Positions 15,474-30,470 of a stretch of DNA of 64,000 nt are shown here, in pieces (position 1 is the first letter of the stretch; each line of letters opens with the position of its first letter). Source of the DNA: the human T2T-CHM13v2.0 reference genome, Homo sapiens. Under the pieces are notes generated by a model. It did not search any database. It saw nothing but the letters and a program-made list of their open reading frames with translations, and had not been told where the DNA came from. The DNA lies in assembly GCF_009914755.1 (NCBI RefSeq), contig NC_060925.1. One strand, 5' to 3'. The position numbers and the translations under genes are program-made.

Positions 15474-16034
15474 TAAATTGCTCTAGTATTTATATTATGC
15501 ACCTTTATATTATATAATTTTATGTATAATATAAAATGTTACAACAATATAGTACTTTCATTTTCCTTTCCTTTTGTTTGTACTACTATTGTCAAACAGC
15601 TTCTATATTTGTTTTAAGTTTCAAAATTTAGGGGACTTTTTTGGTTTTTGTTTTTTTTTTCTTAAAACAATAAATTGACTTTTAAATAAGTTTTAAAACA
15701 AAGAGAAAAAAGTTATTTTATATTTACTCATATATTTACTATTTCTGGCACTCGTCATCTCTTTGTTTAGTTCAAGGCTTCCATCTGGTATCATTTTCTT
15801 CCAGCCCAAAGAGTTTCCTTTTTAATATTCCTTATGGTATTGATCTCTTGGCATCAAATTTCCTCAGCTCTTATGTTTCTAAAAAAAAAAACGTATTTTT
15901 TTCACCTTTGGTTTTAAAGAATATTTTTGCTGGATATAAAATTATAGATTGGCATTTTTTCCCTAGTATTTTAAAGATGTTATTCTATTATCTTCTGGCT
16001 TGTCTTTTTTCTGATAAGAACTTAGCTAGCCCTT

Positions 16035-16038
<4 letters not shown>

Positions 16039-16069
<31 letters not shown>

Positions 16070-16410
16070 AGATGGTGTCTCGCTCTGTTGCCCAGGCTGG
16101 AGTGCAGTGGTGCAATCTCGGCTCACCACAACCTTGGGTGTCTCGCTCTGTTGCCCAGGCTGGAGTGCAGTGGTGCAATCTCGGCTCACCACAACCTTGC
16201 CTCCCGGGTTCAAGCGATTCTCCTGCCTCAGCCTCCCGAGCAGCTGGGACTACAGACACACGCCACCATGCCCAGCTAATTTTGGTGTTTTTAGTAGAGA
16301 CAGGGTTTCACTATGTTGGCCAGGCTGGTCTCCAACTCCTGACCTCATGATCCATCCACCTCGGCCTCTCAAAGTGCTGGGATTACAGGCGTGAGCCACC
16401 GTGCCCAGCC
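16039..16410 (-). mobile_element. AluS with a perfect 63-bp internal tandem duplication
   Basis: Antisense Alu with T30 tail; 16074-16136 is identical to 16137-16199. Confidence 0.93.
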
Positions 16411-16872
16411 TCTTATTTTAATCCTTCTTAGGTAATATATATATATTTTTTTCTCTCCTTTTATCATTGTTTTTCAACGATTTGATTAAAATGCCTTTGT
16501 GTGGTTTTCTTTTGTGTTTAAATGCTTGTAGTTGAGCTTCTTAGATTTATAGGCTTATAATTTTCATCAAATTTGGATCCTGCAATTGCCATTGAAGTCT
16601 GTATGTTCATTTCTCATGTATAATTCATGTGAGAAAATACGGTAAACCTGTGTTATCTGGTAATTCTCATTAATAAAAAATTTCTAAAATTAGGATTTTT
16701 GTTTTACATTATGTTGAGGAGGAAGAGAGAGTGAGGAAAACAACTAGAGAGAACTCCTGGGAAAGAACTTACGCTAGAAGCTAAAACCAGGAGGATTTCT
16801 TGAAGAGTTCTTTATCAGATTCAAGGGAAGTAGGATGTGGGTGTGTCTTATGCTGTTCAAAAAGGCAAACTG

Positions 16873-17207
<335 letters not shown>

Positions 17208-18007
17208 TTAGCTTTTAATATATGAACTGTTGAAAATTGAGGCCTGTCATGCATTGTAAAATAATGAGCAAAAAAAGTTTAGGCTCCAGAATTCTGATAC
17301 TGTGCCTGGATTTGAATTCCAGTCCTAGCACTTACCATCTTTGTGGCATTGGGCAAGTTTCCTAAAATCTCTAGGAGTTTCTTTAATCATAAAATTGGAA
17401 AAATGGTTATAATCTCAGGTTGTCATGAAAACTAAACCCAGGATGGCTTATGTTCTTCACTTGTCATTTAGTAGATCCCCAATAATTATTAGTTATCTTT
17501 CCTTCTTTATATATTAACTTTTTATTCTTTCATTCAGGGACTTTTTTTCCTTTTAAATATATGCAATAGTTAAACAAGTCCCTATGGCCCTCATGAGACT
17601 GTATTTACCCATTATGTTTCTCTATTGGATCTTTTCTATGTTGTTGTTTATCCCATCCTATTAAAAAACATGTTATGTATTCCATCTTAAAAACGCTTTT
17701 GACCTTTACATCTCTCTGTAGCTACTGCCTCTTTCTTTTCCCAGACTATTGTCTAAATTCAATTTTAACCTCAGTTCCTATCCTCTTATAACAAGATCCT
17801 CAGTGACTTCCACATTACTAAATCCAGTGATTAGTTCTCAGGCCTCATTTTACTTTATTTTTCAGGAGCATTTATTGATTCTGCCCTCTTTTCTTGAAGC
17901 TTTTTCTTTATTTGGCTTCTGGGACACTTCGTTTGACAAATTTACCTCCTACTTCTCTGGCCACTTGTTCTCAATCTGTTTACTATTTGTTTCCTTCTCA
18001 GTCTAGC

Positions 18008-18230
18008 CAGGAGTGTCCAGTGTTTTGGCTTCCCTGGGTTACATTGGAAAAAGAAGAATTGTCTTGGGCCACACATAAAATATGCTAACACTAATGATAG
18101 CTGATGAGCTTTTAAAAATTGCAAAAAAAATCTTAGAATGTTTTAAGAAAGTTTGTGAATTTGTGTTGGGCCGCAGTTAAAGCCGTCCTGGGCTGCATGT
18201 GGTCTGTGGGCCATGGATTGGACAGGCTTA
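18008..18230 (+). mobile_element. MER30 (hAT-Charlie) inserted in an L2-like relic
   Basis: caggagtgtcc...ttggcttccctggg...ggacaggctt; direct repeat agtctagcc on both flanks. Confidence 0.88.
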
Positions 18231-18469
18231 GTCTAGCCCTTAAATATTGGAGTTTCTCAGACTTGTTACTCTTAACACTCCCTTGGTAATGTCATCCCGT
18301 CTTATGGGCTTTAACGAATATCTGTATGCTGATGACTCCCAAATGATATCTGTACTCCCACTTTCCTCTGACCCCTTTAACAAAACTCTTTAAGAAACTA
18401 CCAGTTAATTACATTCATGTCATACCTTTGCTTAAAATGTCCAAAAATTTTGCTTGGTGGTTTCTCATA

Positions 18470-19229
<760 letters not shown>

Positions 19230-19532
19230 TAAATTGTCATCTGGAAGTATGGGCTAAATAATGGCTCTTGTGAGAATATCAAGTTTGACTTTTGAGTATC
19301 TTTTGTTTTTCAGTTTCAGAGAGCACCTGGAAGTAGAGAATGTACTATTTGTACCACAATAATTTATAGAATATTTTATTTAGTTAAATCAGACAGTATC
19401 TTGAATATTGTTGCTAGTTAATTAACTTGTCCATCTTTCATGTTATCTACCTGTTCCAAGTTAGAAAGTTGAACTTTATTTCTCCCTAATCTAAAATTAT
19501 ATGGAGCTTTGCATTTTATAAAGCACTGTTTC

Positions 19533-19808
19533 AGCTGAGTGCAGTGGCTCATACCTGTAATCCCAGCACTTTGGGAGGCCGAGGCGGGAAGATCTTGAGC
19601 CTAGGAGTTCAAGATCAGCCTGGGCAACATGACAAAACTCTGTCTCTACTGCAGATACAAAAATTAGCCATCTGTGGTGGCACGTGCCTCTAGTTGCAGC
19701 TACTTGGGTGGCTAAAGAAGGAGCCTAGGAGGTTGAGGCTGCAGTAAGGCATGATTGTACCACTGCACTCCAGTCTGGGCAATAGAGTTTAAAACAAAAA
19801 ACAAAAAA
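19533..19808 (+). mobile_element. AluJ
   Basis: Sense diverged Alu; target-site duplication cactgtttc. Confidence 0.9.
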
Positions 19809-19884
19809 CACTGTTTCTTTTTCCAACCTAATTTTTGTTCACCGTCACCTGTCAAAGGATGTGGTTACACTCTTGTTTTCTTTT

Positions 19885-20945
19885 TCCTTTAAAGCAGCTT
19901 TAGGTTTACAGACAAATTGCGAGAAAGGTATAGAGATTTCCCATATACCCCTTGCTCACACACATGAATAGCCTCCCCTGTTATGAACATTCCCCACCAG
20001 AGTGGTACATTTGTTATAACTCGTGAACTTACATTGACACATCATATTCACCCAAAGTTCATTTTACATTATAGTTCACTCTTGGTGTTGTACACTCTGT
20101 GGGTTTGGACCAGTGTGTAATGACATGTATCCACCGTTGTATAGTACAGAGTATTTTCACTGCCCTAAAAATCCTCTTTGCTCCACCTGTTCATTCCCCC
20201 TCTCTTCCCCTCCAACTCCTGGCAACCACTGATCTTTTTACTACCTCCATAGTTCTTGCCTTTTCCGGAATGTCATATGGTTGGAATCCTATGGTATATA
20301 GTCATTTTAGATTGTAACATGCATTTAAGTTTCCTTCATGTCTTTTCATGGTTTGATAGTTCATTTCTTTTTAGTGCGAAATAATAATCTGTTGTCTGGA
20401 TGTGCCATAGATTATTTATCCTTTCCCCTACTGAAGGATATCTTGGTTGCTTCAGTAGGTGAATGGATAAATTAGTTTTCAGTGATTATAAATAAAGCCG
20501 ATATGATATTCATGTGCAGGTTTTTGTGTAGACATCAGTTTTCAGCTCAATTGAATAAATACCTAGAGTCATATGGTAAGATTATGTTTAGCTTTGTGAG
20601 TAACTGCTAAACTTCCAAAGTGACTGTACTATTTTGCATTCCCAACAGCAGTGAATGAGAGTTCCCGATGCTCCACATTCTCATTCGCATTTGGTTTTGT
20701 AATTGTTCTGGATTTCGACCATTCTAATAGTGTAGTCGTAGATCATTATTGTTTTAACTTGCATTTCCCTGAGACGTTTTATGTGGAGCATCTTTTCACA
20801 TGCTTATTTGCCATCTGTGTATCTTCTTTGGCAAGGTGTCTGTTAAGGTTTTGGCTCATTTTTTAATCGAGTTGCTTGTTTTCTTAATGTTCAAGAGTTC
20901 TTTGTATATTTCAGATAAGTCATTTATGAAATGCGTGTTTTATCT
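19885..20945 (-). mobile_element. L1M 3' end (L1MC1/L1MB-like)
   Basis: gcagctttaggtttacag...agagatttcccatatacccc...cctggcaaccactgatc...attttgcattccca.cagcagtgaatgagagttc. Confidence 0.85.
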
Positions 20946-21449
20946 TCGACTTTGTGGCTTGTTGTTCTCTGGACAGCCTGTTTTCTCCATATTAACTCCT
21001 TGTACTTTGTCTTGTAATGTCCCTTTGTCAGTTTTTTCATATTACCATTTCCAAATAAATTTGGTGTGCCGTTACTTACATTAACACTACTTTTAATTCT
21101 AGTATCTACTCATATTTTTGCTTTCATTTTGGTATCCTTCTTGTTTGGAATTCTGTTAACCTTTTATCTGTATGTGCAAGCATCTGATTACTTTGTTATG
21201 TCTTCTAAGGTGGTCTTATCTGACCATTTATATATTGAGATACTAATTTTAATCTGTTTATTATTTCAAGAAGGTACAGGGGTTGTTGCAAAAAAAGGAC
21301 TATTTTTAAAAAGGCATTGGGTTCATTGCTTTGGAAAGCATTGTTTTGGCATACCTTGTTTAATGTAAAAATTGAGATGAGGGGAAATAGCTTTCCTGTT
21401 GTTTATGGCTTAACCTACTTTGCTTGTTTCATTCATTTGGGTTGTGAGC

Positions 21450-21526
21450 TTATGTTCTGTTTGAAGTTATAGATTTTATATTTATATTATGTTCTGTTTG
21501 AAGTTTTAGAAATATTTAATGTTCTG
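21450..21526. repeat. Short tandem duplication (~38-bp unit, 2 copies plus a partial third)
   Basis: ttatgttctgtttgaagtt(a/t)taga repeated. Confidence 0.8.
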
Positions 21527-22439
21527 TATATATTATATAGATTCCACTACGATGAAAACAAAGTGTGAATTTCAGAGAGCCAAGTAAATGATTATGTATT
21601 TATCTGATTGACTGTATAAAATGGTAGGTTTTCTTAAGAAAAAGGATGTTATTCCTGGTTCTCAGATGGAAAACCTTTCAGATTGTTTTTGGTGAAGACT
21701 TTTAAAACTATTGTCAGGTTTTAGAAACCTTGAGTTTTTAGGATCTTTACCTTTTATTGAGAAACTGTTTAGTCCAAATTAACCTGAATTTATTTGAGCA
21801 ACTTGTATGCTGTGCACTATGTGAGGCACTACATATGCGTAATTGAATAGGACAGTTTCTAGTGAAGGAAATGTGTACACAAATAACTTTATTGTAGTCC
21901 TGTGAGTCCAATAATAGATGTGGGCATTAAGATGCACTGGGAGTACTCAGCCAAACTAAGACCTGCTTTTAGGAGTTACTGAGTTTAAAATACAAGAATG
22001 GGTTAACCAAACAAGGAGGGAAGTGGGAGGGCATTCTAGGATGAGTGAAAAAGCATGAATAAGGATACTGAGGGGCAAAACAACAAGAAATTAAAAGTAA
22101 TTCAGGTTTATTGGATCACAAAGTGTAAAGTGAAAAGCTGTGGCACTTTATATGCTATGCTGAGGAACTTGAGTTTTATCATATTTTCTCTCATTCTTTT
22201 CCACTAAAGTGCGACTAAAGTCACAGGAGATTGAATACATGCTTTGGAAGTATGGCAGCAAAGTGCGCATAGACCTGCCACATATTTGAAATTTCTCCTA
22301 AGACGTATTTTATTGTGAAGAATTATGAAAAATGTTCTATTCTAGAATTGATTAGTGTGAGTTCTTAAGTTCCTAATTTATAGACTGAGGATAATAATAG
22401 CATTTACCTTTTAGGATTGCTGGGAGGAGTAATAACTAT

Positions 22440-22680
22440 AAAATGATAATGACAATAATGGCCAACATTTTTTGAGGGCTTACTTACCAAGGAACAGTCC
22501 TAAGTGCTTTACTTCTGTTACCTCATTTAATCCTCAAAACACCTCAATGAGGTAGGTATTTTACTATCTCCATCTTATTTCTAACAAAACTGGGGCATAG
22601 AGAAGTAATTCACCTAAGGTTACACAGCTAGTAAGTGGCAGAGCTTGGTTTGAACCTAGGCAGTTTGAATATAAGACATT
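22440..22680 (-). mobile_element. MIR
   Basis: ctaagtgctttac...tcatttaatcctca...aggtaggtatt...aaggttacacagctagtaagtggcagagc. Confidence 0.8.
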
Positions 22681-23536
22681 CTTACTATATTATACTCCCA
22701 TTTTATGATATCATGCATATAGAATATTTAGCTTTGTATCTGGCACGTACTAATTATAAATGTAAGCAATTATCAATAGCAATAATAATAACTTACTTTG
22801 TCCAAATCTTTGAGTTAAATTGAAGTCCCCAAGAAATTGTGCTGTTTTTCTTGTGACTTGATTTACACCTGACATACCACTGGGGTGCAGAAAGTGTGAC
22901 TCCCAAAGCCATGCTTTTAACCACTGCCGCCTCCTTCCTTGTTGGTCTGTCTCTACATTAGATTTTAAATCCATGGCAGGGACCATATCCATTTTTTTCA
23001 TCATGGTACACTTAGTCCTTAACACTGTATCTATGATATAAAAATGACCAAATTTGTACAGTAAATGAGAATCGAAAAACGTGACATTTTCAACTGATCT
23101 TAGCATTATTCATACTACCTATAATTGTGTTTTAATTGTTTTACATATTTTTTACATAATTGTTTTGTTTTACATATTTTTTCTTCAGTAAGGAGTCCAT
23201 CTGCTTCTGTGTTCTACAGGGCATTCTCATCCTGGTCTTAAAAGAGCCCTGCTTGGTAACCGGTATCTGTTTGTCCTGTAGTGATCACTCAGTTTTCAGA
23301 CAGTGAGGAACATTAGAATAACATTTTGGTCTATAACTAGAATCTGTTAGAAATATATGAGACAGAATTTTTAAATGTTTGTTCTAAGAAACATTAAACA
23401 AAAAAAGAAAAAGGCTTTGACATTTTTCCTTTACCTTTCACATTAAGTCATTTCAAATAAAGATAAAATAATTTTCTTCATAGGGGTTCTCTGTTATTGT
23501 GGGTTAACTCATATTTTCCTCCTCTCCTCTATCTAG

Positions 23537-23675
23537 AATGTCTTAAACCATTCTACCTTATGAGAAATTGGATGTTCTTGCAGATAGTCATTGTGGGAGA
23601 AAACGTTTCATTTAAGTCCCAGATGAGGACCGAAAACTTGAAATCAGAGGAGCATCTGAAATCAAGTAATATTAG
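23537..23675 (+). CDS. SMG7: Probable SMG7 alternative exon in intron 1 encoding an alternative N-terminus (MRNWMFLQIVIVGENVSFKSQ)MRTENLKSEEHLKSSNIR
   Basis: Pyrimidine tract + ctag acceptor at 23536; donor TAG|gtagga at 23675 is phase 2, so the frame from ATG 23560 or ATG 23623 joins exon 2 in frame (..NIR|QAEVLK). Confidence 0.75.
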
Positions 23676-24319
23676 GTAGGATGAAAATTACAAGGGATTT
23701 CTACATGTTTTTATTCCTTTTGGAGATGTGTATTATTCATACTCTGTGAATACTAATAAAATTAGAAACTTCCTGAAACATTTGATTTTGGCCAAGATCG
23801 GGATGGGGCATGCTAAAGTTTTATTATTTATGTGACTTCTTGAGAACCTTGGCTTATGTTTATACTTTGTCTTGAGCATTTTTATCTTGTGGTCCAAGGA
23901 AGCTTTTGAAAATTTTACTGAAGTAAATTTTTAAAAATTTTGTTTTATATGAGGTCTCTGAATATTTATGATAAACGTAGGGACACATGATTTATACCTC
24001 ATCCTTTAGAATGAAAGTTTCTGTGGTTTTTTTACATACTTAGTAAATCATGTGAGTGCAGGTAACATCAGCTTGCAGTTCTGTATGTCAGCGTGGATGC
24101 AATCAAGCCTCCCAAGTGCCTGTAGAAATAGGTGTATGATAGTATGCTAGAGAAGCCCTCTTGTACATGTGAATTAGTAACTATTGCTACAGCAGCTTAT
24201 AATGACAGAAAATGCAAAGATGCTTGATCTCAAAGATGCAGCTTTTAACTGAGAGATGATAGTTGCCTCTGCGAGAGTGATACCTCTAGCCTGGCCATTT
24301 CAGAAGGCCTTAAATATGT

Positions 24320-24550
24320 TTATGAGCTCTGGGGTTTGGAACTAGATTGCAAGGGTGGAACCCAAGCTCTGCCATTTCCTAGTTATGTGACCTTGGGCAA
24401 GTTATTTAACCACTCTGTGCATCTATTCCCTCATCATCAAAATGGGCATAATATTGTTACTTACCTGATAGAATTGTTGTGAGAATCAAAGATTTAGTAA
24501 TATATGAAAGCTAAGACCTGGCAAATAATAAGTGATTAAACTATATTATT
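24320..24550 (+). mobile_element. MIR
   Basis: ctctgccattt..tagttatgtgaccttgggcaagttatttaacc.ctctgtgc core. Confidence 0.8.
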
Positions 24551-25609
24551 GTTTGACTGCTGGTTAATTCTTAACAGATGAGTTTAGTCTGTTATCAGTT
24601 AGTGTGGTATTTCTATAATTTATAATTGTCTTGATATATCAGGTCCAATTTTAAAAATGTATTTGTTAAATAACGTAATCAGAACTAATGTTTGGAGAAA
24701 AATAAAAAAAAATAACATCCTGACTCAATTATTTTGTAATTTTTATGTATCTGCCTCTGGTTTTATTTTCTGTTTATACTAAGAACATAGTCTTCATGAC
24801 ATCTAAACTGTTTTTCTTTTGTCACTTGTGGTGGTAGAGGACATAGGGTTTTTTACTACAACTTTGAAATGTCTTTTTCAACCCAATGTGCCCCTTCAAA
24901 AGGGATCTCATGAAGCAGTGAGGGGAGGGAGGGACACCTGACTAGCCAGTCAGTAACCAGATTAGCAAAAGTAATTTGATGGTCATTGAACTATTCATGT
25001 CACAATCAGATTACCCCTCCTTATTCAAATGATCATTTAGGTTCTTTTATATAACTTACTTGTCTTATTTATTCCTCATAGCAACTTTGAAAAGTAGTTT
25101 CTATCCTCATTTTATGGATGAGGAAACAGTCTTCTTAAAAGCTCCAAGATAGCATTACTAATTTGTAGGAAAGCCCAAATTCAGACCTGAGTCTTTTTGC
25201 TTCATATTATTTTCCATTACATAAAACTGCCTCCTGTATGGTTCATATTTTATCACTCAATAATTCAACAAATTCAACAATTTTTAGTGAACAGCTGCCA
25301 TGGGCCGAGGCATTATTCTAGTTGTTATGGCCCTCATCTTTTCCAACACTCCCAGTGGCTCATCTTTTTAGTTGTATTCTAGGCATATGTCTATTCTTGC
25401 ACTGACTTTTATTGTATTGAAATTATGTACATGCCTTTGTATCTGTCACCTTACCTAGAGTTCCTTAAAAGTAGGTATCTACCAGTGTTATCATTTTGAC
25501 TATTTAGAGTAAAAAAAAATTGACTTATTTTAATTTGTACTTACTGGTAGTATTTCCTTTTTTGAATTATCAGTTTGGTCTTCTAGCGATTTTTCTGTTG
25601 ATATCTTGA

Positions 25610-25971
<362 letters not shown>

Positions 25972-28149
25972 TAACACTTTCTCTGCATTCTTTTCTTTGT
26001 CATTTTGTAATTATCCCAAATATTTACCATTCTCCTCAGCTTATCCCCCTCTTACTTTCAGACACAGATTGGATCTACCTTATCTCTGAAATTGAGGAAA
26101 TACAGCTGTAAATTCTCTTGACGTCTCCCTACCCCCAGTATTTCCTAGTTCTAACACATTTCTATTTAACCTTACCAACCTCCAATTTTATTCTGACTCT
26201 TTTTCAAGGCCAGTCCTCTTCCTGTCTTAATAATACCATTCTTATTTCCTTCTATCTCTTCCAGAACAGTGCTGTCAGTTTTATTTTCTCCTATTTTTTA
26301 TTTTTTATATTTTATATTTCTCCTTCTTCAACCTATTCATTTCTTCCACCTTCTTTCCTTTATTCTAAACACTCTCAAGTGTCTCCCATTGGGAGAAGAA
26401 AAAAAAAAAAGAAGAAACTTCTGTTTAGCCGTGGCCTCCATCTCTGTCTCTTTACACAGTCCAGCATCCTAAGAGTTGACGTAAACTTCTCCCTCTTATT
26501 TGTTCCTCAACCTCCTGCATCCTGATATAATCTTTTCTCTGGCAAGGCTATCATTGACCCTTATTTCACCAAATCTGACACACTTTTCAGTCCTTATTTA
26601 TCTCATAGTACTTTTCTGCTGTCTGTGATATTGATGACTACTCTTCCTTTTTGTTCTCTTATTTTCTATACTCCACTCTTCCCTTGCTGTCATACTATTC
26701 ACCAATTTCTTCTTGGTGTCCTTCATGGAGTGTCTTTCATCTACTCTTTAAAAATGAAAACAGAGAACTAGCTCCACCCTTCTGAGTTTGTGGGCAGTTA
26801 CATTTACTCTCATGGTTTTAACTGCCATCAATGTACTGATCACGTCAGTGCTGTATCCCTAGTCTCAAGTCTCCCCTGTGCTTGATACTTATCTCTGAAT
26901 GCCTGCTTACGCATTCATTAATTCAACAAATTGAACGCATTTTTAGTGAACAGCTGCTACGGTCAAGGCATTATTGTAGCTGTTATGGGTGTAGCCCTGA
27001 ACACTATCTTTTTTGCATTCTTTACCTTCTCATATACCCAGCTGGCCAAACTAACAATCTGGGAGTGACAGACTCTTTCCTCTGCTTTATCTTCCTTTCT
27101 TTTGGCTTAACTTACCAGGTATTTCTTGAATCTGGGTTTTTCCGTTCATCTGTATTACCACTTCCTTACTTCAGTCTTATATCTGTAGTAATCTTTCTAA
27201 AATGTAAATCTAACAATGCTATGCTCTTGCTTTAAATTCTGCACTGGTTTTCTATTGAAGGACAGAATCTGAACTCCAAGGCATGTCATGCAAGTCATGC
27301 AAGGCCTCTCACAATTTGTTCTGTCTGGATTCTTCAGCTTCATTATCTGTGGCTTTCTGCCTTGCATTTGATGCTCACTCACTAGCTTAGCTTTGCTTTT
27401 TATTGTTCTGTTATTTCTTCTGCTTGGAAGAATAACTCCTTCTCATCCTTTGAAATTCTCAGACCAGTGTTGGTCCTTAATAAAACTAGGTACACATTTT
27501 TAAAGAATATAAATTATGGAGCGAATGTTGTGGTATAGAGTATTGTAGTGTTGGGAGATTTGAAAATCCTTCATGAGCCCTAAAGTGCTGTAAAGAGAAA
27601 GCAAATTAGTATTTTTATTAACGTGTGCAAGAAAAGCTCCTTTAGGAGCAGCATCTTCTCTAGATTTTCTTTTCCAAATGACATTCAACAGTAGAGCAAT
27701 ATGATTTATTTTTCTCTGATTAATATTGCGAGACTTGATGTGTGTGTGGGTGTATACGCATGTGCACATTAAGTGCATGCTTACTTTATGTCTGGCCAAT
27801 TATTCAGCATAAATAATTATGATTAGATTATTGTGTTTATGGTTATGATTGAGAAATGCTGTTATTATCCCAAGTATTCCTTAGAACTCTATGAAACAAG
27901 TGAACAAATTAACTTGTGGCTTTTGGTTAAATTTCTTAAAAAAAAAAAAAAACACGAAAAAACTCCCAGCGTGTTCTCCCAAAATAAAAGAGAGTGATTC
28001 ACTTTTCCTTAGCAGCTGTGAGTTTAGAAGATGTTGAGTTATATTCCTGAATTCTGCTCAAAGGGGATTGGGAGTTCAGGCAGAAGGAATCTCCCATTTT
28101 ATGTGCCCTGATTTGGAAATATCTTACATTTTTAAACCATGAATCTTAG

Positions 28150-28460
<311 letters not shown>

Positions 28461-29474
28461 TGTTAGGCTATATATTCTTAAAAGAGATTATCCTGTATTT
28501 GTTACCTAGCATTGTTACATAAGTGCTATATGTATAATCAAGATATTTGTTAAAGAAGATAACCCAAATTTTAGTATTTTCCTCTAGTAACATTATTTGA
28601 AAAATTATCATAAAATGCTTAAGTATTGAAAGCCCCAGTTCTATGGGTTGTTACTATCAAACATTTCAATTTTTTTTTCTTATACTCTTGTGTAAGAGAG
28701 GAACTATTATATAATATCATAAAATAATGGTTAGGAGTTATACTCTGGAGCCATATTGATTATGCTACTTCTGCTACTTACTATGACCTTAACTAACGAT
28801 ACTACTTAACCTCTGTCTCCTTGGGTTTCTTGCACTATAAAGTGGGAACAATAACAGTACTTAGTGTGAAGTAAATAATTTATGTAAAGCTCTTAGAACA
28901 ATGGCAATAGTAAACGCTACATATAGTGTTAGCTGTACCTATAGGCACTATAATATCTATATGTATTCTAATGTACCTAGTACCTATACTACCTCTTCTG
29001 TAGTACCTGTAGTATAGTATATAGTACTGAGTGTTTAGAATGCATTAAATGTATTTATAGATGTTGATTATTCCACGAGTATTTATTGTTTCAGTTTATT
29101 AGCTTTCAACATAGTTGGCTGTCACTGAATGTTCCATATTTTATTCAGCCTTTTAATGACTTTTTCTTTTTTTATTGCTTAATAGAATTGCTTAATTTTT
29201 CCTATTATTTAATAACTAAGACAATATATTTCGATAGCTATGTTTAATAGTGTTATTTTGTTATTGAAATCATGGTGATTTTATTCTTGGTTCATTCATT
29301 ATTTTCATTAATTCCTTCAGCTTAAAGAATTAAAAGGAATTCATGTTGCCATACCCTCTACCAAGAGAAAACATTTTAAAATTCTTGCCTCTCTGTATGA
29401 GCATTGGCTGTAAACTTCAATGTTAATTCATTGATGGTTTTTATAACAAAACCATAGAACAATTGAGGTATAGT

Positions 29475-29776
29475 ATTTTTTTCTTCTTCTTCTTTGGAGA
29501 CAAAGTCTCACTCCATTGCCCAGGTTGGAATGCAGTGGCACAAACACGGTTCACTGCAGCTTCAGAACTCCTAGGCTCAAGCAGTCCTCCCACCTCAGGC
29601 TCTTGAGTAGCTGGGACTACAAGTGCACACCACCACGCCAGCTAATTTTTTATTTTTTGTAGAGATGAAGTCTTCCTCTGGTGTCCAGGCTGGTCTTGAA
29701 CTCCTGGCTCCAGTGATCCTCCTGCCTCAGCCTCCCAAAGTACTGTGATTACAGGTGTGAGCCACCATGCCTGGCC
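29475..29776 (-). mobile_element. AluJ
   Basis: Antisense diverged Alu. Confidence 0.9.
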
Positions 29777-30293
29777 TATTTTTTTCTTTATAAAGTAAAA
29801 TAATGATATAGCCAATTTTGTGCTAATCTATTAAAACATTTATATAAGGTTACGTATCCATTGATTTGATTTCTCATATATTGTACACTGTTTTTTAAAA
29901 AGAAAGCTAATAGTTGCTTAGGGGTGGGAAGATAGAGATTCCTTTTCTTGTGAGGCAGTAACTCTTAGCTTAACCCTCCCACCTGTCTAAATGGATATTT
30001 TGGGGATACAGAAAAAAAAGTTAGTGGATAATAGTATATAAGCCAAACTTTGTTTTAAAGAGTTTGCCACTAGATTTTATCAAAAACATAGCATGGCCTG
30101 CAAGTACTGTTTCTAATTATATGAGACTGTATTTTTTAAGATAGTCCACTTTGTGACAAGATCAAGATATTAACTAATAAAAACAGACTTTTACTCTGCA
30201 GACACTATTGTTGATGATTCCTTATAACCATAATTTGGTTTGGGAACTTAAAGAAGTTTTACTTTTGTTCTTTTCGTCAGATATTCCTTAGAG

Positions 30294-30470
30294 CAGGAGA
30301 TGGCAAACTTTTTCTGTTAAAGGATCAGATAGTAAATATTTTAGGGTTGGTGGGCCATGTGGTTGTTGTCTCAACTCTGCCTTGGTAGCTGAAAACAGCC
30401 ACAGACAACATGGAAATGAATGTGTGTGGCTGTGTTCCAATAAAACTGTCTTCACAAAAATAGATCCAGG
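30294..30470 (+). mobile_element. MER58A
   Basis: ggcaaactttttctg.taaagg..cagatagtaaatattttagg...ggctgtgttccaataaaact. Confidence 0.85.

Noticed and set aside
20099-21368. Run of hydrophobic + strand ORFs
   Set aside because: T-rich antisense L1 and low-complexity intron sequence produce F/L-rich chance ORFs.
23189-23262. Possible exon after ttttcttcag
   Set aside because: Only weak donors (gtaacc, gtatct) and no supporting frame.
28930-29030. TAGTAC/TACCTA-rich stretch
   Set aside because: Degenerate low-complexity slippage with no regular period or stable stem evident.
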